64,000 bases of DNA from Corallococcus exiguus (GCF_009909105.1 NZ_JAAAPK010000002.1:413827-477826); one strand, 5' to 3'. Positions 39,967-50,157 are shown, counted from the first letter of the stretch. Numbers and translations are program-made. Notes: a model not told the origin generated them from the letters alone.

Positions 39967-40290
39967 ATGGCGAATACGATCATTGGCTCGAGCATCGTCA
40001 TCGATGGGGAGATTTCCGGGGACGAGGACCTGGTCATCCAGGGCACCGTGAAGGGGAAGATCTCCCTCAAGGAGAGCCTCTACGTGGAGGGCTCGGGCGT
40101 CGTCGAGGCGGACATCGAGACGCAGAACGTGGAGATCGCCGGCCGCGTGACGGGCAACATCGCCGCCACCGACAAGGTCGAGCTGAAGACGGACTGCCGC
40201 GTGGTGGGCGACATCAAGGCCCCGCGCATCCTCATCGCCGACGGTGCCTCCTTCAAGGGCAACGTCGACATGGACATGAAGGAGCGCTGA
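39967..40290 (+). CDS. bacO: Bactofilin
   Basis: DUF583 repeats (IIGSSIVIDGEISGDEDLVIQGTVKGKISL...). Confidence 0.7.
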   Translation: MANTIIGSSIVIDGEISGDEDLVIQGTVKGKISLKESLYVEGSGVVEADIETQNVEIAGRVTGNIAATDKVELKTDCRVVGDIKAPRILIADGASFKGNVDMDMKER

Positions 40291-40293
40291 TCC

Positions 40294-41007
40294 GTGGCGA
40301 CCGCGAAGGATCTTGCAGGCAACTCCGTCGACAACACCGTGGTGGGGCCTTCCATCCTCATCAGCGGTCGGCTCACGGGTGACGAGGACCTCACGGTCCG
40401 CGGGCGCGTGGAGGGTGAGCTCACCCTCAGCCGCACCCTCATCGTGGAGCCGTCCGGCGTGGTGAAGGCCAACGTGGCGGTGAGGAACGCCATCGTCAGC
40501 GGCGTGGTGGTGGGCAACATCAACGCCACGGAGAGCGTGGAGCTCACCCGCGAAGGCCGCATGGTGGGCGACATCCGCGCCCCCCGCGTCATCATCGTGG
40601 ACGGGGCCAGCTTCCGCGGCCGCGTGGACATGGGAGACGTGGAACCGGGCCGGCTGCCGTCCGAACGCCCCGCCGTGGCCCGTCCGCAGGCGGTGACGCG
40701 TCCCACGGTGCGTCCGGGCGCCACCCCGCCGCGTCCTCCGACGCCGCCGGCCGCTCCGCCTCGCGCCGCCCCGACGCCGCCCCCGCCTCCCGCGCGCACG
40801 CAGCCCGCGTCGGCGCCGGCCACCGTCGTGGCCCGTCCGTCGGCCAAGCCGCTGCCGCCGCCCCCGCCTCCCGCCGCGACCACGACCCGGGCTCCGGAGC
40901 CTCCGCGTCCGGCAGTCACTGAGCAGGCGAGCAGTGCCGGCGCGCCCCTTACCCGCGTGATGGGTGCTGGCGCGAAGAAGAAGGTCGTGGTGAAGAAGTC
41001 CCGTTAG
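40294..41007 (+). CDS. bacP: Bactofilin with a Pro/Ala-rich C-terminal extension
   Basis: DUF583 core plus a tail of about 120 aa ([28 protein letters not shown]...). Confidence 0.7.
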   Translation: MATAKDLAGNSVDNTVVGPSILISGRLTGDEDLTVRGRVEGELTLSRTLIVEPSGVVKANVAVRNAIVSGVVVGNINATESVELTREGRMVGDIRAPRVIIVDGASFRGRVDMGDVEPGRLPSERPAVARPQAVTRPTVRPGATPPRPPTPPAAPPRAAPTPPPPPARTQPASAPATVVARPSAKPLPPPPPPAATTTRAPEPPRPAVTEQASSAGAPLTRVMGAGAKKKVVVKKSR

Positions 41008-41068
41008 AGCCCGCCCGCCGCGCCGTCGTTTCCGGCGGCGCGGGGGTGGAACAACCGGGGGTGCCACC

Positions 41069-42394
41069 ATGGACGCCGAGCACAGGGCCGAGGGACAGGA
41101 AGGGATGCCGGGCACACCTGGAGAGAATTCGATGCCGTCCCAGCAGGAGGGAGCGGCTGACGCGTCCGCGCCGAAGCATGGCGAGGGCGCGAGTGGAGAC
41201 GTGACGCCGGAAGGTGCCCCCCAGGCCGAAGCGGGTGGGGCGCAGACCGACCTGCCTGGAGAGGGTGGGCAGGCCACCGCGAGCGCGACCGAGGCCAGCA
41301 CGGCCGCCGGAGCCTCCAGTGAGCCGGAGACACGCACCGAGGGCGGCGAGTCGCCGGGCCGCACCGGGGAAGAGACTCCCGCCGGGGACGCCGCGACGTC
41401 GGGTGGAGCATCCGCCCAGGGCGGCGAACCGGAAGGCTCCGGGGCGACCGTGCAGGGCGAGAGCACCAGCACCCCGGCGGACGCGGAGGCCTCTTCGGGC
41501 CCCGGCCGCTACGTGGAGCTGTCCTCGGGCGAGAGCGTCCAGGACGCCTCCGGCACGGGCAGCGACGGTGGCGGGGAGGCGAAGGACGTGGTGACGGAGC
41601 CGAGCTCCGGTCCGGTGTCGGGCGCGGATGACGCGCTGCTGAGCGCCGGCATCTGGGACGTGGCGAGCCGTGCGAGCCAGGAGGACGCGGGCTCCATGGG
41701 CTCCGGAGACGGTTCGGAACACAGCGCCAACGACGGCGCGGCGACTTCGGATGGGGAGCCCCACGCGCAGGCCATCGAGCCGCGCGTGATGGGACAGGTG
41801 ACGGCGATGGTGCTGCCGCTGGAGCGACTGGAGGAGGACACCACCTTCCGCCTGCGGGACGAGGGCGACGTGTCCGAGCTGGCGACGGACCTGGCTCGAC
41901 TGGGCCAGCTGTTCCCGGTGGACGTGCGCCCGCGCGGCGAGGAGCGCTACCAGCTCATCTGCGGCTTCCGGCGCGTGGCGGCGCTGCGCTTCCTCAAGCG
42001 CGACCAGGTCCAGGTGCGCGTGCACGAGGAGCTGTCCGACGAGGACGCGCTCCTGTTGTCCCTGGCGGAGGCCATCCACGCCTCGCCGGTGGAGCACGAC
42101 GTGCTGGAGGCCAAGCGCGAGTCGCTGGAGGCCGAAGGCCGGCTGACGGCGCCGGTGCGCGACATGCTGGAGAAGGCGCTCGCCACCGAGGAGACGCTGG
42201 CTCCGGAGGGCGTCGAGGAGGAGATCGACGCGGACGAACTGGCGGCGGACGTCGCGCAGCGCATGGGCGTCCTCAATCAGGAACTGTCGCTGCTCGCGGA
42301 CGTGTTCGCCGCGCTGGACGAATCGCGCAGGGCGGAGTTGCTGATGCAGCTGCGCTACTCGGCGCAGCTGGTGGCGTACCTGGAGGGTCTGTAG
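41069..42394 (+). CDS. padC: ParB/Sulfiredoxin-domain protein with an acidic disordered N-terminal region; bactofilin-associated PadC-like
   Basis: C-terminal ParB-like domain ([62 protein letters not shown]), following bacP. Confidence 0.65.
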   Translation: MDAEHRAEGQEGMPGTPGENSMPSQQEGAADASAPKHGEGASGDVTPEGAPQAEAGGAQTDLPGEGGQATASATEASTAAGASSEPETRTEGGESPGRTGEETPAGDAATSGGASAQGGEPEGSGATVQGESTSTPADAEASSGPGRYVELSSGESVQDASGTGSDGGGEAKDVVTEPSSGPVSGADDALLSAGIWDVASRASQEDAGSMGSGDGSEHSANDGAATSDGEPHAQAIEPRVMGQVTAMVLPLERLEEDTTFRLRDEGDVSELATDLARLGQLFPVDVRPRGEERYQLICGFRRVAALRFLKRDQVQVRVHEELSDEDALLLSLAEAIHASPVEHDVLEAKRESLEAEGRLTAPVRDMLEKALATEETLAPEGVEEEIDADELAADVAQRMGVLNQELSLLADVFAALDESRRAELLMQLRYSAQLVAYLEGL

Positions 42395-42397
42395 GCC

Positions 42398-42973
42398 ATG
42401 GCGGAAACGCTCGAACGCGACCGCGCCCGGCTCCTGGAGGTGCTCACGCAGCGCTCCTTCGAGCGCAGGCGCGTGGTGCTCTCCTCCGGCAAGGAGTCGG
42501 ACTTCTACATCGACTGCAAGCGCACGGCGCTGCTCGCCGAGGGCCACTACCTCATCGGCCGGCTGCTCCTGGAGGCCATCCGGCGCGACGCTCCGTCGGC
42601 GGTGGCCGCGGGCGGGCTGACGCTGGGCGCGGATCCGCTCGCGTCCGCGGTGAGCCTGACCAGCTTCCTGGAGGGCGGCGGCCAGAAGCCCCTGCACGCG
42701 TTCATCGTGCGCAAGGAGCCCAAGGGCCACGGCACCGGCCAGTGGATTGAAGGCCTGTCCGCGCTGAGCCCCGGCGCTCCGGTGGCCATCGTGGAGGACG
42801 TGGTGACGACGGGCGCGTCCACGATCAAGGCGATTGAGCGCGCGAAGCTGGAGGGCCTGACGGTGCTGGGCGCCTTCGCGCTGGTGGACAGGCTGGAGGG
42901 CGGACGCGAGGCCGTGGAGTCCGCCGGCCACCGCCTCACCACGCTGTTCACGCGCAAGGACTTCATCCCGTGA
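42398..42973 (+). CDS. pyrE: Orotate phosphoribosyltransferase
   Basis: PRPP-binding motif (VAIVEDVVTTGAST) and overall PyrE layout. Confidence 0.9.
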   Translation: MAETLERDRARLLEVLTQRSFERRRVVLSSGKESDFYIDCKRTALLAEGHYLIGRLLLEAIRRDAPSAVAAGGLTLGADPLASAVSLTSFLEGGGQKPLHAFIVRKEPKGHGTGQWIEGLSALSPGAPVAIVEDVVTTGASTIKAIERAKLEGLTVLGAFALVDRLEGGREAVESAGHRLTTLFTRKDFIP

Positions 42974-43599
42974 GAAGGCTGCTGTTGGCCGCGGTGCTGC
43001 TGGGCGTGCTGGGCGGCTGCTCCACCTCGCCCCCCATCGTCGGTGAGCCCGCGCCCACGCTGGATGACCCGAAGCAGGAGTCCGCCTACATGGCGGTGTT
43101 GGACCGGTACTCGGACCGCAAGGAGATCTACGACGGCTTCGACACGCGCGTCTTCGCGGGGGCCACGTTCCAGACGCCTGCGTTCCGCGAGGCCCGCATC
43201 CACCGCCGCGCCATCTTCCAGACGCTGCCCGCGGCGAAGGTGGAGCAGCTGCTGTCGGAGGAACTGGCCGACGCGGCGAAGTTCCACGAGTTCTTCCTGG
43301 CGGTGCACGTCAACGACTACCGCTACGACGACTTCGCCCACCGCAACAGCATCTGGCGGATCGCGCTGGTGACGCCTGGGGGCGAAATCACGCCCATGGA
43401 GATCCGCCGCCTGGGCCGGGCGGACCTCAACGTGCGCGCCTACTACCCCTACGCCAGCCTCTTCTGGGTGGGCTACCGCGTGCGCTTCCCCAAGACCTTC
43501 ACCGACGGCCAGCCCGTCATCCCCGAGGGCACCGAGCAGGTGATGCTCCGCGTCGCCTCATCGCTGGGGAACGCGGAGCTGAAGGTCCACGCGCGCTGA
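42970..43599 (+). CDS. Lipoprotein of unknown function
   Basis: MRRLLLAAVLLGVLGGCS, signal peptide plus lipobox. Confidence 0.6.
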   Translation: MRRLLLAAVLLGVLGGCSTSPPIVGEPAPTLDDPKQESAYMAVLDRYSDRKEIYDGFDTRVFAGATFQTPAFREARIHRRAIFQTLPAAKVEQLLSEELADAAKFHEFFLAVHVNDYRYDDFAHRNSIWRIALVTPGGEITPMEIRRLGRADLNVRAYYPYASLFWVGYRVRFPKTFTDGQPVIPEGTEQVMLRVASSLGNAELKVHAR

Positions 43600-43616
43600 A
43601 CGCGGCGGGACGGCCT

Positions 43617-44219
43617 TCAGGTCTGCTGGCCGTCCTTCAGCCACTTCGACGTGAGCGGCATCGTGGGCCCCGCGAGCAGGCGGTCCAGGAGCGCGTCCGG
43701 CGAGGCATTCACCGCGAAGGGCACGCCCTGCGTCTCCGGGACGAAGCCCGCCTCCACCATCTGCTTCGCCATCGCGAGCAGCGGCTGGAAGAAGCCGTCC
43801 ACGTCCAGCAGGCCCATGGGCTTCCGGTGCAGGCCCAGCTGCGCCCAGGTGACGATTTCGAAGAGCTCGTCCAGCGTGCCGAAGCCGCCGGGCAGGGCGA
43901 CGAAGGCGTCCGAGCGCTCGGCCATCATCGCCTTGCGCGAGTGCATGGAGTCCACCCGGTGCAACTCCGTCAGCCGCGGGTGGGCCAGCTCCTTCGCGTC
44001 CATGAAGTGGGGGAGCACGCCCACGGTCTTGCCGCCGTTGGCGATGACCGCGTCCGCCACCGCGCCCATCAACCCCACGCTGGCGCCGCCGTAGACGAGC
44101 GTCAGCCCCCGCTTCGCCAGCGCGGCCCCCATCCTGGAAGCGGCCTCGCGGTACTCGGCGCGCACGCCGGAGCGCGAGCCACAGAAGACGCAGACGCTGC
44201 GCACGGTGGGTTCAGCCAT
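43617..44219 (-). CDS. LOG-family protein (cytokinin riboside 5'-monophosphate phosphoribohydrolase, TIGR00730-like)
   Basis: Start ATG 44217-44219 (MAEPTVRSVCVFCGSRSG). PGGFGTLDELFE motif. The track start at 44720 overlaps the rhomboid gene. Confidence 0.85.
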   Translation of the reverse strand: MAEPTVRSVCVFCGSRSGVRAEYREAASRMGAALAKRGLTLVYGGASVGLMGAVADAVIANGGKTVGVLPHFMDAKELAHPRLTELHRVDSMHSRKAMMAERSDAFVALPGGFGTLDELFEIVTWAQLGLHRKPMGLLDVDGFFQPLLAMAKQMVEAGFVPETQGVPFAVNASPDALLDRLLAGPTMPLTSKWLKDGQQT

Positions 44220-44221
44220 CG

Positions 44222-44986
44222 TCAAAAGCCTCCAAGGCGCCCGGGATGGGCGGCGACCACGGCCAGCGCCGCGGCGATGAACAGCAGGACGGGGATGGCG
44301 CGCGCGTAGACCTTCGGGCCCATGCGCAGCGCCATGCCGCACGGCAGGCCGAAGACGAAGCCGCCCAGGTGCCCCGCCCAGCTCACCCCGGGCAGCAGGC
44401 TGATGACCGCCACCTGCACGAGCCAGAACATGTGATCCCTGCGGCCCTGCTGGTTGAGGATGGGCAGCATCGCGCCGCCCCAGCCGAGGATCATTCCGGA
44501 CGCGCCCACCGTCACGATGTCGAAGTTGAAGAAGAGCGCGAACGCGGAGCCGCCCAGCGCGGTGACGAGCGACAGGCCCAGGAACCTCAGGCTTCCAATG
44601 CCGCGCTCCAGCGACGCGCCCAGCGAATAGACGGCGAGCATGTTGAAGAGCAGGTGCATCGCGCCGCCGTGCTCGAACACCATGCCCAGCAGGCGCCAGT
44701 ACTCGCCCGCCTGGACCCACGGCCCGTAGAGCGCCAGCGGCCCCACGATGCCGTAGTTCGTCCCGTCGATGATCAGCGGCCGGCCCAGGGACCGACTGAG
44801 GACGAACATCCCCACCGCGCCCGCGATGATGGCGAAGCTGACGTAGGGCGTGGGCAGCGCGGGCCGGGGCTGCTGGGGGCCCGGGGGCGGTCCGTCCCCG
44901 CCCTGTCCACGTGGCGCGGGGGCCTGCTCATCTCCCAGCCCGGAGGGGCCGGGGAGGTCATCCAGCATGCGGCGCGGACGGGACAT
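44222..44986 (-). CDS. Rhomboid-family intramembrane serine protease
   Basis: GASGMILGWGG (GxSG catalytic Ser) and AGHLGGFVFG (catalytic His), with six TM helices. Confidence 0.8.
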   Translation of the reverse strand: MSRPRRMLDDLPGPSGLGDEQAPAPRGQGGDGPPPGPQQPRPALPTPYVSFAIIAGAVGMFVLSRSLGRPLIIDGTNYGIVGPLALYGPWVQAGEYWRLLGMVFEHGGAMHLLFNMLAVYSLGASLERGIGSLRFLGLSLVTALGGSAFALFFNFDIVTVGASGMILGWGGAMLPILNQQGRRDHMFWLVQVAVISLLPGVSWAGHLGGFVFGLPCGMALRMGPKVYARAIPVLLFIAAALAVVAAHPGRLGGF

Positions 44987-44992
44987 GGGTTC

Positions 44993-46585
44993 TCACAGCT
45001 CCCGTGAAAGGACGGTGTCGCGCGTGCCCTGGTGCTCGTCCGTGTGGGGGTAGTCCAGGGTGTAGTGCAGGCCCCGGCTCTCCTTGCGGCGGCTGGCGCA
45101 GTCCACGATGAGGTGCGCCACCTCCGCGATGTTGCGCAGCTCGATGACGTCGCGGGTGACCTTGAAGCGCCAGTAGTAGTCGCGGATCTCCTCGCGCAAG
45201 AGCTCCAGCCGCCGCCGCGCGCGCATCAGCCGCTTGTCCGTGCGGACGATGCCCACGTAGTTCCACATCAGCCGGCGGATCTCATCCCAGTTGTGGGTGA
45301 CGACCACGCTCTCGTCGGAGTCCACCGCGCTGCCGGAGTCCCAGGCCGGCGGGTCCTCCTTCGGCAGCGTCAGCGAGGACAGCTCCTCCGAGGCCAACTG
45401 CACCGCGCGGTGGCCGTACACCAGGCCCTCCAGCAGCGAGTTGGAGGCGAGCCGGTTCGCGCCGTGCAGGCCCGTGCAGGACACCTCGCCGATGGCGTAG
45501 AGGCCCGGGATGTTGGTGCGCCCATGCAGGTCCGTCACCACGCCGCCGCACTGGTAGTGGGCCGCGGGCACCACGGGGATGGGCTGCACCGCCATGTCGA
45601 TGTTGAAGGCCTTGCAGGTGGCGTAGATGTTGGGGAAGCGCTCGGTGAGGTACGCGCGGCCCAGGTGCGTCATGTCCAGGTAGACGCAGTCATTGCCCGT
45701 GCGCTTGAGCTCCGCGTCGATGGCGCGCGCCACCACGTCGCGTGGGGCCAGGTCCCGCATGGGGTGGTAGCGGTCCATGAACGTCTGGCCGCCCTTGAGC
45801 CGCAGCTTGCCGCCCTCGCCGCGCAGCGCTTCGCTGATGAGGAAGCTCTTGGCCTCCGGGTGGAAGAGGCACGTGGGGTGGAACTGGTAGAACTCCATGT
45901 TCGCCACGCGCGCGCCCGCGCGGTACGCCATGGCCACACCGTCGCCCGTCGCGACGTCCGGGTTGGACGTGTAGAGGTACACCTTGCCCGCGCCGCCCGT
46001 GGCCAGCACCGTCACCTTGGAGAGGAAGCGCTCGATGGAGCCATCCTCCATCAGCGCGTACGTGCCCAGGCACCGGCTGCCGGCCGGGGTGTGCGGACGC
46101 CGGTCCAGGATGAGGTCGATGGCGGCCGTGTTCTGGAAGAAGGTGATGTTGGGCTGCGCGTCGCACGCGGCCAGCAGCGCGCGCTGCACCTCGCGGCCGG
46201 TGATGTCGCCCGCGTGGATGATCCGGCGGGCGGAGTGGCCACCTTCGCGCGTGAGGTCGAACTCGCCGCCGCGCTGGTCGAACGCAGCGCCCAGTGCCAC
46301 CAGCTCCTTGAGGCGCGCGGGGCCCTCCCGCACCGTCACCTCCACCGCGTCGCGGTGACACAGGCCCGCGCCCGCCACGAGCGTGTCCTCGATGTGCGAA
46401 TCGAAGGTGTCCGTGGGGGAAAGCACGCCAGCGATGCCCCCCTGGGCGTAGGCGGTGTTGCCTTCGCCGCGCTCGCGCTTGGTGAGGACGGCGACCGTGC
46501 CGTGCCGTGCCGCCTGGAGGGCGAACGACAGTCCGGCCACGCCGCCGCCCATGACCAGGAAATCGAACCGATGGGGCATGGCCAA
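44993..46585 (-). CDS. nadB: L-aspartate oxidase
   Basis: FAD-binding N-terminus (FDFLVMGGGVAGLSFAL), then HYQCGGVVTD and GLYAIGEVSCTGLHGANRLASNSLLE. Confidence 0.9.
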   Translation of the reverse strand: MAMPHRFDFLVMGGGVAGLSFALQAARHGTVAVLTKRERGEGNTAYAQGGIAGVLSPTDTFDSHIEDTLVAGAGLCHRDAVEVTVREGPARLKELVALGAAFDQRGGEFDLTREGGHSARRIIHAGDITGREVQRALLAACDAQPNITFFQNTAAIDLILDRRPHTPAGSRCLGTYALMEDGSIERFLSKVTVLATGGAGKVYLYTSNPDVATGDGVAMAYRAGARVANMEFYQFHPTCLFHPEAKSFLISEALRGEGGKLRLKGGQTFMDRYHPMRDLAPRDVVARAIDAELKRTGNDCVYLDMTHLGRAYLTERFPNIYATCKAFNIDMAVQPIPVVPAAHYQCGGVVTDLHGRTNIPGLYAIGEVSCTGLHGANRLASNSLLEGLVYGHRAVQLASEELSSLTLPKEDPPAWDSGSAVDSDESVVVTHNWDEIRRLMWNYVGIVRTDKRLMRARRRLELLREEIRDYYWRFKVTRDVIELRNIAEVAHLIVDCASRRKESRGLHYTLDYPHTDEHQGTRDTVLSREL

Positions 46586-46668
46586 CAGCCTTAATGGCGG
46601 TAAGTGCTGGAAACAAGGCGTTTTCTTGAGGACTTTCCGGGCGTTGTCTAAGGTTTCGCACCGCCGCC

Positions 46669-47358
46669 ATGCGTGTCCTGCCCGCCCTCGTCGTCCTGTT
46701 GACCGCCGCCCTGCCGGCCGCTGCCTCGGACGGCATCTACAGCTACGTGGAGAAGGACGGCACCATCGTCTACACGAACGTGCCGCCTGGAGGCGCGCGC
46801 AAGGCCCGCAAGCTGTCGGGGACCTTCACGCCCGCGCCGGCCAAGTCCGCTCCCGTGCGGGGCCGTTCGCGGACGCCCACGGAGTTGGATCCGCACATCA
46901 CCAACGCGGCGCTGCGCTACCGCATCCCGCCGGCGCTGGTGCGCGCCATCATGCACACGGAGAGCAACTTCAACCCGAACGCGCTCAGCCACAAGGGCGC
47001 CAGCGGGCTGATGCAGCTCATGCCGGGCACCGCGTCGGACATGTACGTGAAGGACATCTTCGACTCGAAGGACAACATCGAGGGCGGCGTGCGCTACCTG
47101 CGCGTGCTGGCCAACATGTTCGACGGCGACATGGTGAAGATGGTCGCCGCGTACAACGCTGGGCCGGACGCGGTGAAGAAGTACGGAGGCCAGGTGCCGC
47201 CGTACGCCGAGACGCAGGATTACGTGCGCAAGGTCCTCCAGCTCTACCAACACTACAAGGAGCGCGAGCGGCTCGCCCAGGCCGAGGCCAGCAGCCGTGA
47301 GCCCACACCCGAGAATGACGACGCGCACGAAGGGGACGAAGCCGCCGGGCCCCGATGA
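46669..47358 (+). CDS. Lytic transglycosylase (SLT domain) with an N-terminal DUF4124-like segment
   Basis: Signal peptide, then SLT motifs (IMHTESNFNPNALSHKGASGLMQLMPGTA...AYNAGPDAV). Confidence 0.8.
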   Translation: MRVLPALVVLLTAALPAAASDGIYSYVEKDGTIVYTNVPPGGARKARKLSGTFTPAPAKSAPVRGRSRTPTELDPHITNAALRYRIPPALVRAIMHTESNFNPNALSHKGASGLMQLMPGTASDMYVKDIFDSKDNIEGGVRYLRVLANMFDGDMVKMVAAYNAGPDAVKKYGGQVPPYAETQDYVRKVLQLYQHYKERERLAQAEASSREPTPENDDAHEGDEAAGPR

Positions 47359-49081
47359 CGAGGAGTTCCTGCAGCAGCTCCATCGCGGGAGCGAGCTGCT
47401 GGGCGCCGGCAAGGTCACCGAAGCGAAGGACTTCCTGGAGCGTGCGCACCAGCTCCAGCCTCGCCACGAGAAGGCCCAGAACCTCCTGGGCCTGACGTAT
47501 TTCAAGCTGGGCCTCTTCGACCGCGCCGCCGACCTGTACGAGATGCTCGTGCGGGACAACCCGGTGGACCCGACGCTGCGCGTGAACCTGGGGCTCGTCT
47601 ACCTGAAGACGAACGCGCTCCAGCGCGCGGCGCGCGAGTTCGAGACCGCCACCGACCTGGCCCCGGACCACAAGAAGGCCCACAACTACCTGGGTCTGAC
47701 CTTCGCCCAGATGGGCGAGTACGGCCGCGCGCGCGAGCACTTCCTCCTCTCCGGCAGCGACGCCATGGCGGAGAAGATGTCGCGCGCCATCGCGGGGGAG
47801 GTCTACAGCCGTCCTCCCGCCGCCCCCATGCCGGCCCGTCCGCGCCAGGAGGAGGAGGAGGAGGAGACCGCCGCGCCGCCTGCGTCCGCCTCCGGCGAGA
47901 GTGACTGGGGGGCCCAGTTCGGTCTGGATGAGGCGCCGCGCAGTCCTCGCGCCGCCGCCGCGCCGCCGCCCCAGGTCGCCGCGAAGCCTCCGGACGACGA
48001 CATGCGCTTCGCGGAGGACGAGGGCCCTCCCGCTCCCACGGATGACCACGCCTTCACCTCGGGAGCCGCGACCCAGGTCCAGGAGGACGAGGACCCCAGC
48101 CTGGCCGCGGGCGAGAGCCTCTTTGACGAAGACGCGGAGCTCGCCGCCACCACGGACGCGGACACCTCCGGTGACGACGTCGAGGTCGCCGACGAGCTGC
48201 CCCCCACGCCGGTGTCGGAGGAGATCGAGGTCTCCGAGGAGCCGCCCGTCCTCGCGTCCGACCTGGAGTCGGAGCCCGGCGACGCCTTCGCGGAGACCTT
48301 CGCCGCGCTGGCCACGAGCGAGCCGCCCCCGGCGACCCGGCCTGCCGAGCCGATCCAGCTGACCCGGTCCATCGGGTCGCTCCAGGTGACCCACTCCGCC
48401 GAGCCGCCTTCGTCGCCTGAGGCCGGAACGGGCGCGAGTCCGCCGGTGCTCACCGCGTGGGTGCCCTCGGTGGCGCTGCCGGGCGCGGTGGAGGGCCAGC
48501 CCTTCACCCAAGGTGCGTCCGCGATGGCGCTCGCGGTGGAGGGCGAGCTGCTCACGCGCCTGGAGGGGCTGATCGCCGTGCGCGGGCAGGTCACCTTCGA
48601 GCCGGAGATGAAGCGCTTCCGGGGCCGGGCCACGGACAAGCCCTTTGGCGAGGGCGACCAGTCCATGGTGCGCGCCCGGGGGCAGGGGACGCTGCACCTG
48701 GAGCCCGTGTCCGGGCGGCAGTGGGTGGCCGTCTCCCTGGACGACGAGTCCGTCTACCTGCGCGACGCGTGCGTCTTCGCCTTCGAGGAGCCCGTCGTCT
48801 TCGAGAACGGCCGCGTGCCGTCGGACCTGGCCCAGGACCTGGACCTGGTGCACCTGCGCGGGCAGGGGCGGGTGCTGCTCAGCCTGACGGGCCCGCTGCG
48901 CTCGGTGCCGGTGGCCATGGACCAGCCGGTGACGGTGCCCCTCACGCACCTGGTGGGCTGGGTGGGCAACCTCACGCCCCGCGTGGTGCCGCTCGTGACA
49001 TCCGCTGCCGGGGAGACACTGAAGGCGGCGGTGGAGCTGGGCGGTGAAGGATTTGCCCTCATCGCACTCGGGGTCCGGTAG
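47297..49081 (+). CDS. TPR-repeat protein with an acidic low-complexity middle region and a C-terminal globular domain
   Basis: TPR units (AQNLLGLTYFKLGLFDRAADLYEMLVRDNP...). The start is ambiguous: GTG 47297 or ATG 47315. Confidence 0.65.
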   Translation: MSPHPRMTTRTKGTKPPGPDDEEFLQQLHRGSELLGAGKVTEAKDFLERAHQLQPRHEKAQNLLGLTYFKLGLFDRAADLYEMLVRDNPVDPTLRVNLGLVYLKTNALQRAAREFETATDLAPDHKKAHNYLGLTFAQMGEYGRAREHFLLSGSDAMAEKMSRAIAGEVYSRPPAAPMPARPRQEEEEEETAAPPASASGESDWGAQFGLDEAPRSPRAAAAPPPQVAAKPPDDDMRFAEDEGPPAPTDDHAFTSGAATQVQEDEDPSLAAGESLFDEDAELAATTDADTSGDDVEVADELPPTPVSEEIEVSEEPPVLASDLESEPGDAFAETFAALATSEPPPATRPAEPIQLTRSIGSLQVTHSAEPPSSPEAGTGASPPVLTAWVPSVALPGAVEGQPFTQGASAMALAVEGELLTRLEGLIAVRGQVTFEPEMKRFRGRATDKPFGEGDQSMVRARGQGTLHLEPVSGRQWVAVSLDDESVYLRDACVFAFEEPVVFENGRVPSDLAQDLDLVHLRGQGRVLLSLTGPLRSVPVAMDQPVTVPLTHLVGWVGNLTPRVVPLVTSAAGETLKAAVELGGEGFALIALGVR

Positions 49082-49092
49082 AACGCGCGCTC

Positions 49093-49782
49093 ATGGCCAC
49101 CGAGCGAGCCCTCAGGAAGCAGCGCAAGCGCGAGGAGCGGGCCCGCCGCCGCGCGTCCCGCCGTCCCAGCATCCTGGTGCAGGAGTTCTGGAACCTGCCC
49201 AACATGCTGACGCTGGGGCGCATCCTCCTCATCCCCGTGTTCGTCTGGCTCACCTACGACGCGGACCCCCTGCACTCGCTGCTGGCCGGCCTGGTGTTCG
49301 CCGTGGCCGCCATCACCGACGTGATTGACGGCTACCTGGCGCGCCGCTGGAACCTCATCACCGTCGTCGGCAAGTTCATGGATCCGCTGGCGGACAAGCT
49401 CATCGCCATGGCCGCCCTGGTGATGATGGTGCGCCTGGGTCGCATCGCCGCCTGGGTCGTCATCGTGCTGCTGGCCCGCGAGTTCATCGTCACCGGCCTG
49501 CGCACCATCGCCGCCAGTGAAGGCATGGTCATCGCCGCGGGGCAGGAGGGGAAGTGGAAGACCTCCCTCCAGCTGGTGGGGATCATCTCCCTGTGCGTCC
49601 ACTACGTGCACCCGCTCGACATGGGCTTCCGCGTCGTCACCGTGGACTACAACCAGGTGGGCAAGGTGCTGGTGTACCTGTCGGGTGCGTTCTCCGTGTG
49701 GAGCGCGGTCGTCTACTTCCGCGCGTTCCTCAACATGCTCGCCCGCCGGGGCAGCACGGATCCGGATGCGAAAAGTGTTTGA
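49093..49782 (+). CDS. pgsA: CDP-diacylglycerol--glycerol-3-phosphate 3-phosphatidyltransferase
   Basis: CDP-alcohol phosphotransferase motif (DVIDGYLARRWNLITVVGKFMDPLADK). Confidence 0.85.
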   Translation: MATERALRKQRKREERARRRASRRPSILVQEFWNLPNMLTLGRILLIPVFVWLTYDADPLHSLLAGLVFAVAAITDVIDGYLARRWNLITVVGKFMDPLADKLIAMAALVMMVRLGRIAAWVVIVLLAREFIVTGLRTIAASEGMVIAAGQEGKWKTSLQLVGIISLCVHYVHPLDMGFRVVTVDYNQVGKVLVYLSGAFSVWSAVVYFRAFLNMLARRGSTDPDAKSV

Positions 49783-49867
49783 CGTGTCCGGGAGGCCTCT
49801 GTATATCGCACCCCACCTCCGGCGCTGCACCGACCGGCGGGTGGCAAGCAACACAGCGTTACCTGAT

Positions 49868-49942
49868 GCGGGAATAGCTCAGCGGTAGAGCATCGCCTTG
49901 CCAAGGCGAGGGTCGAGGGTTCAAATCCCTTTTCCCGCTCCA
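49868..49942 (+). tRNA. tRNA-Gly (anticodon GCC), copy 1 of 3
   Basis: GCGGGAATAGCTCAGCGGTAGAGCATCGCCTTGCCAAGGCGAGGGTCGAGGGTTCAAATCCCTTTTCCCGCTCCA. Cloverleaf with anticodon loop TTGCCAA; CCA is encoded. Confidence 0.9.
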
Positions 49943-49972
49943 AACGAAGCACGCAGCACTGCAGTCCCTGAT

Positions 49973-50047
49973 GCGGGAATAGCTCAGCGGTAGAGCATCG
50001 CCTTGCCAAGGCGAGGGTCGAGGGTTCAAATCCCTTTTCCCGCTCCA
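49973..50047 (+). tRNA. tRNA-Gly (anticodon GCC), copy 2 of 3
   Basis: Identical 75-nt sequence, 105 nt downstream of copy 1. Confidence 0.9.
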
Positions 50048-50077
50048 AACGAAGCACGCAGCACTGCAGTCCCTGAT

Positions 50078-50152
50078 GCGGGAATAGCTCAGCGGTAGAG
50101 CATCGCCTTGCCAAGGCGAGGGTCGAGGGTTCAAATCCCTTTTCCCGCTCCA
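50078..50152 (+). tRNA. tRNA-Gly (anticodon GCC), copy 3 of 3
   Basis: Identical 75-nt sequence. The 30-nt spacers are also identical. Confidence 0.9.
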
Positions 50153-50157
50153 ATCAA

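Noticed and set aside
43617-44720. The 367-aa ORF covering the LOG gene plus upstream sequence
   Set aside because: The N-terminal 167 residues overlap the rhomboid gene and are Arg-rich. The conserved LOG protein starts at ATG 44219 (MAEPTVRSVCVFCGS).
49868-50152. Possible CRISPR array, from the regularly spaced 75-nt repeats with 30-nt spacers
   Set aside because: The repeats are complete tRNA-Gly genes with cloverleaf structure and an anticodon loop; the spacers are identical to each other; there are no cas genes.
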